Assembly: GCA_945861275.1 (NCBI GenBank)
Contig: CAMATZ010000013.1
Span: 2,302 to 66,301 of the forward strand
Length of the DNA: 64,000 nt
Direction: 5' to 3'
Source: Bordetella parapertussis
GTDB lineage: Bacteria; Pseudomonadota; Gammaproteobacteria; Burkholderiales; SG8-41
In this document: piece by piece, positions 19,753-29,158 of the stretch
Layout of the letters: every line of letters begins with the position of its first letter
Position numbering within the stretch: position 1 is the first letter of the stretch
Position numbers and translations under genes: made by a program
Notes under the pieces: generated by a model
Databases searched by the model: none
What the model was told of the DNA's origin: nothing
Seen by the model: only the letters and a program-made list of their open reading frames with translations

Positions 19753-22700
19753 TTACGAGGGCATCCAGCGCAAATCCAGCGTCAGCGGAAACCCTGGATT
19801 CAGCGCCTCCGGCTCCACGAGCATCGGCCCCGGCGTATGACCGTGATCCCAGAAGCGCGCCATGCGCCGTGCTTCTGCTTCATTGGCGTTGACCGGAAAG
19901 GTATCGTAGTTGCGCCCGCCGGGGTGAGACACGTGGTAAGTGCAACCGCCGATGGAACGCCTGCTCCAGGTGTCAACCACATCGAATACCAGCGGCGCCT
20001 GCACGGCTATACTGGGATGCAGAGCCGACGGTGGACTCCATGCGCGATAACGCACGCCGGCGACTGATTCGCCCGGCACGCCGGTGGGATGCAGCGGCAA
20101 TGCGCGTCCGTTGCATGCCACCAGGTGGCGTGACTCGGTAAGGCCATTGACTTTGACCTGCAGACGCTCGACCGACGAATCGACGTAGCGCGCAGTCGCG
20201 CCTGCGCGCACTTCTTCGCCCAGCACATTCCACGGTTCCATCGCCTGCCGCAGTTCGATGCGCACATTTTCGTAGGTGGCGGTGCCGTAACGCGGGAAAC
20301 GAAACTCGATGAAAGGCGCGAACCAGCTGAAATCAAAGGCATAGCCCGCGCGCTGCAGATCGCGCACCACGTCGAGCATGTCGGCGGCGACGAAATGCGG
20401 CAGCATGAAGCGGTCGTGCAGTTGCGTGCCCCAGCGGATCAGTTTGCCCTGGTACGGCGTCTTCCAGAAGCGCGCCACCAGCGTGCGCAGCAACAGCATT
20501 TGTGTCAGGCTCATCTGCGGATGCGGCGGCATTTCAAAGGCGCGAAACTCCAGCAAGCCCAGGCGCCCGGTGACGCTGTCCGGCGAGTAGAGCTTGTCGA
20601 TGCAGAACTCGGCGCGATGCGTGTTGCCGGTGAGATCGACCAGCAGATTGCGCAGCAGCCGGTCCACTAGCCAGGGCGTCAGTGATTCTTCACCCGCGAC
20701 TTGCTTCGCCGCCATTTGCTGAAAAGCGATTTCCAGCTCATACAGATTGTCGTCGCGCGCCTCATCCACGCGCGGCGCCTGGCTGGTGGGCCCGATGAAC
20801 GGCCCCGAAAACAGATACGAAAGCGCGGGATGATTCTGCCAATAGGTGATCAGGCTGCGCAGTAAATCGGGCCTGCGCAGCAGCGGACTATCCGCCGCCG
20901 TGGCGCCGCCGAGCGTGACATGGTTGCCGCCGCCGGTGCCGGTGTGGCGTCCGTCGAGCATGAATTTCTCGCTGCCCAGGCGCGTCAGGCGCGCTTCCTC
21001 ATACAGCGCAAAGGTGTTGGCGCTGAGGCTGTCCCAGTCCGCCGCAGGATGAATATTGACTTCAATCACGCCCGGATCCGGGGTGACATTGAGCACGCAC
21101 AGGCGCGGATCGGCCACCGGCCCATAACCTTCGATGCGCACCCGCAGCGCCAGCTTTTCGGCCACGCCCTCCAGCGCGGCGATCAGATTCAAATAATCCT
21201 CGGCGCGTTTGAAAGGAGGCAGGAATACATGCAGGCGCTGATCGCGAACTTCAATACACAGGGCGGTGCGCACCACTTCACGCGGCGTGGGTTTCTTCGC
21301 GTGGTTGCGTGCGTGGCGCTTTTTTTCGGCGAGCGTATGCGCATCGTGTAAATCACCGCGTTCCTCGAACGGATCGCGCTCGAATTCCGGTTCGATGTCC
21401 TCGGGCAGGCGTTCAGGCAGTGATGCGAGCGGCAGGCGATTGCCCAGCGCCGAATCGCCGAACAGCAGGTAGAGACGATCGCGCTTGAGTGGCCACGGCG
21501 AGCTTTGCCATTCTGTAGCTGCGCCGGGATGCGGCGTCTCATCGTGTGCCTTGAGCGGCAGTACAAATCCCGCGGGAATTTCCGCACCACGTTCCAGCGC
21601 ACGGCGCAGCCGCGTGCGTTCGTCGGCATCCTTGAACGGCACGGTGAGTGGGTCGATATTGACGGGCAGCCTGGCGTCGGTAGCGAGCAGCAGCAAGGGG
21701 TCCTCGTACGCGGCGATCACCAGTTCGCGCGCGATGCCGAGCGCATCCGCTACGGCGTGCGCGAAGTGCCGCGCGTCGTTGCTGGCGGCGGTGGCGGGTG
21801 CGCTGTCCGAGGCGATGAGAGCGGGATTCTTCCACACCGGTTTGCCATCTCGGCGCCAATGAAAGCCGATGGCCCAGCGTGGCAGCGGCTCGCCCGGATA
21901 CCACTTGCCCTGCCCGTAAAACACCAGTGCGCCAGGCGCGAAGCGTTGCTTCAGGCGCCACGCCAGTTGTTCCGCCAGCGTCCACTTTGCCGGCGATAGC
22001 GCGGTGTAGTTCCATTCCGCGCCATCCATGTCGTCGATCGACACGAAAGTCGGCTCGCCGCCCTGCGTCAGGCGCACATCGCCGTCCGCAAGTTCTGCGT
22101 CCACTTGTTTGCCGAGGCGGTCTATGTCCGTCCACTGCACCGGCGTATACGGCTGGGTGACACGCGGGTCTTCGTGGATGCGCGTAACCGACATCGCGAA
22201 ATCGAATTGCGTTTCACACGGATCGACCGCACCGATGATGGCCGCGGCGCTGGCCGGTGAGGGCGTGCAGGCGAGCGGAATATGGCCTTCGCCGGCGAGC
22301 AGTCCTGAAGTCGGGTCCAGGCCGATCCAACCGGCCCCGGGTATGTAAGCCTCGGCCCAGGCGTGCAGGTCGGTGAAATCATGCGCCGGGCCGGCGGGGC
22401 CATCGAGGGGCTTCACGTCGGCGGTGAGTTGAATCAGGTAGCCGGAGACAAAGCGCGCGGCAACTCCGCAGTGGCGCAGCAGTTGCACCAGCAGCCAGCC
22501 GCTGTCACGGCATGATCCGCTGCCCAGTGTGAGGGTATGTTCGCCAGTCTGCACGCCCGCTTCCATGCGCACCAGATATTTGATATTACCGGCTAATTTC
22601 TGGTTAATGGCGACCAGGAAATCAATCGTGTTATTGCCGTCGCGCCAGTGCCTGGCGCGAAAATCAGCGAGCCACCGTGTCAGCAGCGGGCCGCGTTCAG

Positions 22701-23061
22701 CGATCGCCAGATACGGTGTGAGGTCCTGCGCGAGGTCGGCGCGGTACGAGAATGGAAAGTGATCGGCGTAACTTTCCATGAAAAAATCGAAGGGATTCAC
22801 CACCGTCATGTCGGCCACCAGATCGACGGTGATTTCGAGCTCGCGCGCCTTTTCCGGAAACACGAAACGCGCAATGTAATTGCCGAAGATATCCTGCTGC
22901 CAGTTGATGAAATGCTGCTCCGGCTTGAGGTTGAGCGAGTACGACAACACCGGCGTGCGGCAGTGCGGCGCCGGACGCAGTCTCACTTCATGTGGCGACA
23001 GCGTGACCGGCCGCGCATAGCGGTAGCGGGTCTGGTGATGCAGCGTGATCTGGATGCTCAT
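19753..23061 (-). CDS. Transglutaminase N-terminal + transglutaminase core + DUF2126 (putative amidoligase) fusion
   Basis: GSCRDS, DLHAWAE, GLDPTSG (Cys-His-Asp triad), followed by GGEPTF, DPGVIEVN, TGGGNH, EFRAFEMPPH. Confidence 0.9.
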   Translation of the reverse strand: MSIQITLHHQTRYRYARPVTLSPHEVRLRPAPHCRTPVLSYSLNLKPEQHFINWQQDIFGNYIARFVFPEKARELEITVDLVADMTVVNPFDFFMESYADHFPFSYRADLAQDLTPYLAIAERGPLLTRWLADFRARHWRDGNNTIDFLVAINQKLAGNIKYLVRMEAGVQTGEHTLTLGSGSCRDSGWLLVQLLRHCGVAARFVSGYLIQLTADVKPLDGPAGPAHDFTDLHAWAEAYIPGAGWIGLDPTSGLLAGEGHIPLACTPSPASAAAIIGAVDPCETQFDFAMSVTRIHEDPRVTQPYTPVQWTDIDRLGKQVDAELADGDVRLTQGGEPTFVSIDDMDGAEWNYTALSPAKWTLAEQLAWRLKQRFAPGALVFYGQGKWYPGEPLPRWAIGFHWRRDGKPVWKNPALIASDSAPATAASNDARHFAHAVADALGIARELVIAAYEDPLLLLATDARLPVNIDPLTVPFKDADERTRLRRALERGAEIPAGFVLPLKAHDETPHPGAATEWQSSPWPLKRDRLYLLFGDSALGNRLPLASLPERLPEDIEPEFERDPFEERGDLHDAHTLAEKKRHARNHAKKPTPREVVRTALCIEVRDQRLHVFLPPFKRAEDYLNLIAALEGVAEKLALRVRIEGYGPVADPRLCVLNVTPDPGVIEVNIHPAADWDSLSANTFALYEEARLTRLGSEKFMLDGRHTGTGGGNHVTLGGATAADSPLLRRPDLLRSLITYWQNHPALSYLFSGPFIGPTSQAPRVDEARDDNLYELEIAFQQMAAKQVAGEESLTPWLVDRLLRNLLVDLTGNTHRAEFCIDKLYSPDSVTGRLGLLEFRAFEMPPHPQMSLTQMLLLRTLVARFWKTPYQGKLIRWGTQLHDRFMLPHFVAADMLDVVRDLQRAGYAFDFSWFAPFIEFRFPRYGTATYENVRIELRQAMEPWNVLGEEVRAGATARYVDSSVERLQVKVNGLTESRHLVACNGRALPLHPTGVPGESVAGVRYRAWSPPSALHPSIAVQAPLVFDVVDTWSRRSIGGCTYHVSHPGGRNYDTFPVNANEAEARRMARFWDHGHTPGPMLVEPEALNPGFPLTLDLRWMPS

Positions 23062-23077
23062 GGCGTGAAACTAAATA

Positions 23078-23217
23078 CGTGAAGAGTGAAGAGTGAAGAG
23101 TGAAGAGTGAAGGGTGACGCGGTGAGGGGTGAGGGGTGAAGGGTGAGGGGTCAACGGTGAACGGGTACTTCACGCATTCACGGATCACTCTTCACCCTTC
23201 ACTCTTCACCATTCACG
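23078..23217. repeat. 7-bp tandem array (GTGAAGA-like) with inverted counter-array
   Basis: About 12 units of gtgaaga/ggtgagg, then about 7 units of cttcact/attcacg. Confidence 0.9.
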
Positions 23218-23220
23218 CAA

Positions 23221-23976
23221 TTAGTCGGTATCGGGAACGCCATCGCCATTCCAGTCGGGGTTGGGCAGTTGTGCAAACACGCGGCGCAGTCCTTCGCCCC
23301 ACTCGGTGTGGATCATTTTGAAATAGGCGTCGGCTTCATCGATACGGCGCTGCAGGCGCAGCTTGAGGCTGTTGTTGTCGTAAATCACGATATCAATCGG
23401 CAGACCAACTGAAATATTGCTGCGCATGGTCGAGTCAAACGACACCAGCACGCACTTGGCGGCCTCCATTAAATGTGTGTGGCGCGTGATCACGCGGTCG
23501 ATCACCGGCTTGCCGTATTTGCTCTCGCCAATCTGGAAATATGGCGTTTCCGGCGCTGCCTCGATGAAATTGCCTTCGCTGTAAATTTTAAACAGGCGTT
23601 GCGGTTCGCCACGGATCTGTCCGCCGACCACGAACGATGCGCCGATGTTGATGTTGCTCTGCTGCAGGTAAGGTCCATCGCGGCGGTGCACTTCACGCAA
23701 GGCGTTGCCAACCAGATTGGCGATTTCGAACATCGATGACGCGTTATGCACCGTCTTGTTGGCGTCGCTCGCGCGCGACTGGTGCTCGAGCAGGTTGATT
23801 GCGCTCTGCGTGATCGACAGATTACCCGAGCTTAAGATCACGATCAGGCGCTCGCCCTCGTTTGCGATCACATGCATCTTGCGGAAGGTGGCGATGTTGT
23901 CAACGCCGGCGTTGGTGCGCGAGTCCGAGGCGAATACCATGCCGGCATCCAGCAGTACGGCGACACAGTAGGTCAT
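23221..23976 (-). CDS. Anbu proteasome-type protease, copy 1
   Basis: MTYCV..ASDSRTNAGVD..RK (Thr1/Asp17/Lys32 after Met removal), FQIGESKYGKP, STMRSNISVG. Confidence 0.92.
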   Translation of the reverse strand: MTYCVAVLLDAGMVFASDSRTNAGVDNIATFRKMHVIANEGERLIVILSSGNLSITQSAINLLEHQSRASDANKTVHNASSMFEIANLVGNALREVHRRDGPYLQQSNINIGASFVVGGQIRGEPQRLFKIYSEGNFIEAAPETPYFQIGESKYGKPVIDRVITRHTHLMEAAKCVLVSFDSTMRSNISVGLPIDIVIYDNNSLKLRLQRRIDEADAYFKMIHTEWGEGLRRVFAQLPNPDWNGDGVPDTD

Positions 23977-24036
23977 GCGGGTCCCATCATAGGTGTAGCG
24001 TCAGGCGCGAAGCTTAGTTTAACCTAGATTTAATCC

Positions 24037-25041
24037 TCAGGGCTTTACAACCGGACTTGCGGCGGACTGCATTTGCTGGGACGGATAAACCGGCGCCAGA
24101 AAATCACGGTTGATTTCGTCGGCCAGCGCCAACAGCTTGTCGAGAAATTCCATCAGATACTCATGCAAGCCGGCATTGAAGATGAGCGAGGTGCGTCCGT
24201 AATGCAGTTGCGCGTGCAGCTCACCCGCGAGCCGCTCAGCCTCGCGCGAGGCGTTGTCGCACAAATTCTGCAGGATGACATAGATGTCGTTCATGCAGGC
24301 ATGCAGCGAACGCGGCACGTCGTCGCGCAGGATCAGCAGTTCCGCCACCTTCACCGGCGTGATCAAATCGCGGTACACCTTGCGGTAGGAATCGAACGCG
24401 GAGAGCGATCGCAGCAGTGCGCCCCACTGGTAGTAATCGACGGCACCCCCGACATCGGCGGCGCTTGGCAGCAGCGTGTGGTACTTCACGTCGAGCAGGC
24501 GCGCGGTGTTGTCGGCGCGCTCCATGAAGGTGCCGAGCCGGATGAAACTGTAACCCTCGTCGCGCAGCATGGTGCCGAAGGTTACGCCACGGAACTGGTG
24601 CGAGCGTATTTTCACCCAGTCGAAAAACTCACCCAGTCCCTCGGCCTGCAATCGCACGTAATCCTTATTGCGCATTTCCAGCCACAAGCCGTTGATATCC
24701 TCGTACATTTCAGAGGTGATGGCGCCGCGCACGGTGCGCGCGTTCTCGCGCGCCGCCTGCACGCAGGAATACAGACTCGAGGGATTCGCCGGGTCCAGCA
24801 CCATGAAGCGCAAGACATTATCGGAGGTTATCGGGCCGGGATAACGGTCGTAGTAGGCGCTGGCAAGTCCGTGGATCACCAGCGGCAGTGCCCACGGCTC
24901 CGCCCACGATTGGCCGGATTCCTGAACGCGGTAGGGCAGCAGGGACATGCGATAGGTCACATCGAGCAGGCGCGCAGTGTTCTCGGCGCGCTCGATGTGG
25001 CGCGACATCCAGTAGAGATTGTTGGCGGCGCGGCTTAGCAT
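24037..25041 (-). CDS. Alpha-E domain protein (DUF403)
   Basis: MLSRAA..YWMSRHIERAEN, ARENAR, second ERADNTAR motif. Confidence 0.92.
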   Translation of the reverse strand: MLSRAANNLYWMSRHIERAENTARLLDVTYRMSLLPYRVQESGQSWAEPWALPLVIHGLASAYYDRYPGPITSDNVLRFMVLDPANPSSLYSCVQAARENARTVRGAITSEMYEDINGLWLEMRNKDYVRLQAEGLGEFFDWVKIRSHQFRGVTFGTMLRDEGYSFIRLGTFMERADNTARLLDVKYHTLLPSAADVGGAVDYYQWGALLRSLSAFDSYRKVYRDLITPVKVAELLILRDDVPRSLHACMNDIYVILQNLCDNASREAERLAGELHAQLHYGRTSLIFNAGLHEYLMEFLDKLLALADEINRDFLAPVYPSQQMQSAASPVVKP

Positions 25042-25050
25042 GGTGGGTTC

Positions 25051-25124
25051 AGTGAAAAGTGAAGAGTGAAGAGTGAAGAGTGAGCCGTGATGGCGTGAAG
25101 GGGTGAATGCTCTTCACTCTTCAC
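25051..25124. repeat. 7-bp tandem array (GTGAAGA-like) overlapping the 3' end of the ATP-grasp gene
   Basis: agtgaaa-agtgaag-agtgaag-agtgaag...ctcttcactcttcacg. Confidence 0.85.
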
Positions 25125-26550
25125 GGTCTACATCGCCTTCAAGCACCCAAGTATCCTTGGTGCCGCCGCCTTGCGACGAGTTCACCACCAGTGAACCCTC
25201 GCGCAGCGCCACGCGGGTGAGACCCCCTGGCACCAGCGACACGGTTTTTCCCGACAGCACGTAGGGGCGCAGATCAACGTGACGCGGCGCAATGCCCGTG
25301 TCGCAGAACGTGGGACAGGTAGACAGCGCCAGCGTCGGTTGCGCGATGTAGTTGGCGGGATTGTGCAGGATGCGCTCGCGGAAATCGGCAATCTGCTGCA
25401 CGCTCGACGCCGGGCCCACCAGCATGCCAAAGCCGCCCGAACCCTGAACCTCCTTCACCACCAGCTCCGGCAGATGGCCGAGCACGTACTTCAGATCGTC
25501 AGCGCGATCGAGGCGCCAGGTCGGCACGTTGGGAATGATCGGTTCCTCGCCCAGATAAAAACGGATCATCTCCGGCACGTAGATGTAGGTCGACTTGTCA
25601 TCAGCGACGCCGCTGCCGATGGCGTTGGCGAGTGTTACGCGGCCGGCGCGATAGGCGGCAAACAGTCCCGGCACGCCGAGTGTGGAATCGGCGCGGAATG
25701 CCAGCGGATCGAGATAATCGTCGTCGATGCGGCGGTATATGACATCCACTTTTTGCGGGCCGCGGGTGGTACGCATGTAGACGGTGTTGTCGGCGACCGA
25801 CAAGTCCTGCCCCTCGACCAGTTCCACGCCCATTTGCTGCGCGAGGAAGGCATGCTCGAAATAGGCGCTGTTATAGGCGCCCGGCGTCAGCACCACCACC
25901 ATCGGATTGGTGACGCCTGCGGGCGCCACCGCCCGCAGGTTATCGAGCAGGACATCGGTGTAGTGGTCGATTGGCGCCACCGGCATGAGCGAAAACAGCT
26001 GGGGAAACAGCCGCATCATCATTCTGCGGTTCTCCAGCATGTACGAAACGCCGGACGGCGTGCGCAGGTTGTCCTCGAGCACGTAGAACTCGTCCTGGCC
26101 GGTCTTGACGATATCAACGCCGGCGACATGCACGTAAACATCGCCGGGCACGTCGACGCCGCGCATTTCCGGGCGGTAAAGTTTATTGCCCAGTACTTGC
26201 TGCTCGGGTATCAATCCGGCCTTGATGATTTCCTGCCCATGATAGATGTCCTTGAGAAAAGCGTTGAGCGCGCGCACGCGCTGGCAGGCGCCGTCATTGA
26301 TGGTTTTCCACGCGTCCGCACGCACCACGCGCGGAATGATGTCGAACGGGATCGAGCGCTCCATGCCACCTTCGTCACCGTAGACCGCGAAGGTGATGCC
26401 CAGCCGCGTGAACAGGGTGTCGGCTTCACGCTGCTTTTGCAACAGAAAATCGAGCGGCTTCGCGTTCAGCCATCCGGCGTACGAGTGGTAGTGCGCACGT
26501 ACCGCGCCGCCCTCCTCGTACATCTCGTTATAGATTGCTGGCCTGCTCAC
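25114..26550 (-). CDS. Circularly permuted type 2 ATP-grasp protein (DUF404/407)
   Basis: VLEDNLRTPSGVSY, YRRIDDDYLDP, GVADDK, RHVDLRP, VNSSQGGGTKDTWV. Confidence 0.92.
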   Translation of the reverse strand: MSRPAIYNEMYEEGGAVRAHYHSYAGWLNAKPLDFLLQKQREADTLFTRLGITFAVYGDEGGMERSIPFDIIPRVVRADAWKTINDGACQRVRALNAFLKDIYHGQEIIKAGLIPEQQVLGNKLYRPEMRGVDVPGDVYVHVAGVDIVKTGQDEFYVLEDNLRTPSGVSYMLENRRMMMRLFPQLFSLMPVAPIDHYTDVLLDNLRAVAPAGVTNPMVVVLTPGAYNSAYFEHAFLAQQMGVELVEGQDLSVADNTVYMRTTRGPQKVDVIYRRIDDDYLDPLAFRADSTLGVPGLFAAYRAGRVTLANAIGSGVADDKSTYIYVPEMIRFYLGEEPIIPNVPTWRLDRADDLKYVLGHLPELVVKEVQGSGGFGMLVGPASSVQQIADFRERILHNPANYIAQPTLALSTCPTFCDTGIAPRHVDLRPYVLSGKTVSLVPGGLTRVALREGSLVVNSSQGGGTKDTWVLEGDVDREE

Positions 26551-26596
26551 GGCATTGCCCCGGATTTGAGCCTAATTACCTTCCAGCCGCAGAAGG

Positions 26597-26612
26597 TGCA
26601 ATCACCGTGCCA
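26597..26612 (-). promoter_or_regulatory. Sigma54 -24/-12 promoter for the ATP-grasp/alpha-E/Anbu/transglutaminase operon
   Basis: Minus strand reads TGGCACG-GTGA-TTGCA, matching TGGCACG-N4-TTGCW, 46 bp upstream of the start codon. Confidence 0.85.
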
Positions 26613-26675
26613 GTACCGGCAGGTTATGCGGAATTATTATATAGCTCATTGTTTTCAAATATCATTCTTATGAAC

Positions 26676-26767
26676 GCCGGCTAAATGGTGTACCCCATCG
26701 CGGACACCACTATACCGGTATGCACCGCTTTGGACAGCGCTCAAACGATACACCCGAAATGAGTGCA
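26676..26767. promoter_or_regulatory. Putative NtrC-type enhancer sites
   Basis: TGCACCgcttTGGacag (26721-26737), ...gaGTGCA (26751-26767) and ...TGGTGtA (26676-26692) partly match TGCACCA-N3-TGGTGCA. An IHF-like site lies at 26642-26654. Confidence 0.5.
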
Positions 26768-26920
26768 CAGCCATAGATGTTCGCGGGCGCTGTTACGCCA
26801 GGGCCGGGGCTAACACCCGGCGCGTTGCCCCCGCGAGACACGGGAAGCGCGCACTCAACGTGGCGGACACGAGGGCATGGTGCGGTAAGATGCGCCTTTT
26901 GTCACTCTGGTTTTTTGTCC

Positions 26921-27661
26921 ATGACTTATTGCGTCGCAGCCCTGACTGATCGCGGCATCGTGTTCGCCTCCGATTCCCGCACCAATGCCGGCGTGGACCA
27001 ATTGGCGACATTCAGCAAGATGACAGTGTTCGAGGTTTCGGGCGAGCGCGTGGTGGTGCTGTTGTCGGCGGGCAATCTGGCATCGACGCAAAGCGTGATC
27101 AGCCTGCTCAAGCTGCGCATGAGAAGCGAACAGGGCGAAATCAACGCCGGGGGAATGCTTGGGCTGCGCAGCCTCTACGACACTGCCGCGCTGGTCGGCG
27201 ATACCGTGCGCGAAGTGGTGGCGCGCGACGGGCCGGCGCTGACGCAGGAGAGCATCGATCCGGGCTGCACCTTCATTCTCGGCGGGCAGATAGCAGGCAA
27301 ATCGCAACGCCTGTTTCATATTTATCCGCAGGGCAATTTCATCGAGTCGAGCACCGACACCACCTATTTTCAGATTGGCGAGAGCAAGTACGGCAAACCC
27401 GTGATCGACCGTGTGGTCAAGTACGATACGTCGCTGAAGGATGTCGCAAAATGCCTGCTGGTGTCTTTCAACTCCACCATGCGCAGCAATCTGTCGGTGG
27501 GACTGCCTATCGATCTCGTGGTGTATGAGAAAGGCGCGCTGCGGGTCACGCTGCGGCGGCGCTTCGCGGAAGACGATGCCTATTTCTCCGAGATCGGGCG
27601 CTTCTGGTCGACCGGGTTGCGGCGGGTGTTTGCGGAAGCGCCGGACGTGCCGTGGGACTGA
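26921..27661 (+). CDS. Anbu proteasome-type protease, copy 2
   Basis: True start is MTYCVAALTDRGIVFASDSRTNAGVD..SK; FQIGESKYGKP. The ORF track start at 26777 is too far upstream. Confidence 0.9.
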   Translation: MTYCVAALTDRGIVFASDSRTNAGVDQLATFSKMTVFEVSGERVVVLLSAGNLASTQSVISLLKLRMRSEQGEINAGGMLGLRSLYDTAALVGDTVREVVARDGPALTQESIDPGCTFILGGQIAGKSQRLFHIYPQGNFIESSTDTTYFQIGESKYGKPVIDRVVKYDTSLKDVAKCLLVSFNSTMRSNLSVGLPIDLVVYEKGALRVTLRRRFAEDDAYFSEIGRFWSTGLRRVFAEAPDVPWD

Positions 27662-28875
27662 CGGTGGACGATATCCAGGTGCGTCCGCGCCGTTCCTTTG
27701 CCGATGTGGATTACCCCGAGGCGCTGCGCCGCGCGCGCGCCATGATTCCCTTCCTGAAAGCGCGTGCTGAAGCGCAGGAGGAAGCCACGCGCATGACCGA
27801 TGATGTGCTGGAGGCGTTTCATGAAAACGGCCTGCTGCGCTATATGCAACCCAAAGCCTGGGGCGGCATGGAATTGCCTTATGTGTCGATGGTGGATTTG
27901 ACCGATCTGCTGGGGCAGGGCGACGCGTCATCGGCGTGGACGTTTACCAACTTGAGCGCGCATCACCGGCTGCTTGCGATGTGGGAACCCAAGGCACAGG
28001 AAGAAGTGTGGGGCGCAAATCCCGACGCCGGTATTGCCTCGGGCATTGCCTATATACAAGGCCGCGGGCGGCGCGTGGATGGCGGGCTGGAACTGTCGGG
28101 CCAGTGGGGATTCTCGTCGGGTGTGGATGTGAGCGAGTGGAACATGCTGGCGTGCGTGGTGCGCGACGGCGACACGCCGGTGGACTGGTGCATGTGTCTG
28201 GTGCCGAAATCCGATTACGAAATCATCGACGACTGGCAGACGCTGGGTATGCGCGGCACCGGCAGCCGTTCAGTGCGCTGCAAGGAAATTTTTGTGCCGG
28301 CGCATCGTGCGTTGTCGATGCAGGTGGCCAAGCCGGGGCACGAATTTCCCGGCTTGAAAGTGCATACCAATCCCATCTACAAAATTCCGCTATCGGGTTT
28401 TGGCGGCTATGGCATCGGCGGCTCGATGATCGGCAATGCGCAAGCCGCGCTCGACGCCACCATCGAAAATGTGAGGGCGCGCAGCACCAGCTACACCGGC
28501 GCAAAAATGCGTGATTTTCAGGCAGTGCAGCAGCGGGTTGCGCATGCGGCGGGCAAGATCGAAGCCGCTCGCGTGTGGCTGCGCAACGATTGCATCGAGG
28601 CACATGCGGTGGCGAAGGCCGGCGGCACCTTTGACACCCTGACCAAGCTCAAATACCGTCGCAACAGCGCGCTGGCAACGCGGATGGCGACCGAGGCCGT
28701 GGATATCCTGCATGAGATGGCGGGCGCCAATGGCATTTACGACAGCTTTCCGATTCAACGCTATTTTCGTGATGCGCACGCGGCGGCGGGCCACATTAAT
28801 TTCAGTGTCGATGCGCAATTGCCGGCGTGGGGGCTGGTGGCGTTGGGCGGGGAGTTCAAGAGTCCGACGTTTTAG
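27652..28875 (+). CDS. ACAD-fold flavin-dependent monooxygenase, paralog 2
   Basis: QPKAWGG, GQWGFSSG, DDWQTLGMRGTGS, QRYFRDAH; overlaps the Anbu copy 2 stop. Confidence 0.85.
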   Translation: MGLTVDDIQVRPRRSFADVDYPEALRRARAMIPFLKARAEAQEEATRMTDDVLEAFHENGLLRYMQPKAWGGMELPYVSMVDLTDLLGQGDASSAWTFTNLSAHHRLLAMWEPKAQEEVWGANPDAGIASGIAYIQGRGRRVDGGLELSGQWGFSSGVDVSEWNMLACVVRDGDTPVDWCMCLVPKSDYEIIDDWQTLGMRGTGSRSVRCKEIFVPAHRALSMQVAKPGHEFPGLKVHTNPIYKIPLSGFGGYGIGGSMIGNAQAALDATIENVRARSTSYTGAKMRDFQAVQQRVAHAAGKIEAARVWLRNDCIEAHAVAKAGGTFDTLTKLKYRRNSALATRMATEAVDILHEMAGANGIYDSFPIQRYFRDAHAAAGHINFSVDAQLPAWGLVALGGEFKSPTF

Positions 28876-28934
28876 GCTTGAGGTGTTGAAAAAACGATTC
28901 TCGTTCCCTAAGCGGCGCACCCAATCCATACGGT

Positions 28935-29100
28935 GTCTCATGTGGCACGGCGTTATGGGTTCCCGCCGGCGCGGGAACGACAAGGTTGGTTTTGATCCAC
29001 CTGAGCGCCGGTTGAAGCGCTATAGGCAAAGGAGCAACCCATGACCGCCAGCATCCTTCTCTACGACCCCACCGCCCCGCGCGCGAAAGTGCCGGCCCAG
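28935..29100 (+). repeat. 166-bp direct repeat, copy 1 (REP arm, RBS and first 20 codons of the selenoprotein gene)
   Basis: Aligns without gaps to 29828-29993; 11 mismatches by manual count (about 93% identical). Confidence 0.92.
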
Positions 29101-29127
29101 ACTCGCAAGCCGCATCTGCCTGCTTGA
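29041..29127 (+). pseudogene. Truncated duplicate of the selenoprotein N-terminus (28 aa)
   Basis: AAGGAG RBS then MTASILLYDPTAPRAKVPAQ-TRKPHLPA*; the first 20 aa are identical to the ORF at 29934. Confidence 0.8.
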
Positions 29128-29152
29128 AGTTTATCGTTGACCGATATACAAT
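29124..29152 (+). promoter_or_regulatory. Sigma70 promoter of higBA with operator-like palindrome in the spacer
   Basis: TTGAAG-17 bp-TACAAT; spacer contains TATCG-ttgac-CGATA; higB ATG starts 7 nt after the -10 box. Confidence 0.75.
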
Positions 29153-29158
29153 CAGTTA

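Noticed and set aside
23078-23217. Possible CRISPR array (also 57331-57705)
   Set aside because: Units are 7 bp with no spacers, or only two palindromic copies; no cas genes are present.
13900-26673. Long antisense ORFs (e.g. 13900-15126, 24073-25038, 25279-26673; also 42311-43423, 47832-48767)
   Set aside because: Shadows of well-supported genes on the other strand, expected in GC-rich DNA, with no recognisable motifs.
26777-26920. 48-aa N-terminal extension (propeptide) on Anbu copy 2
   Set aside because: Low-complexity translation of intergenic DNA; MTYCV at 26921 matches the start of copy 1.
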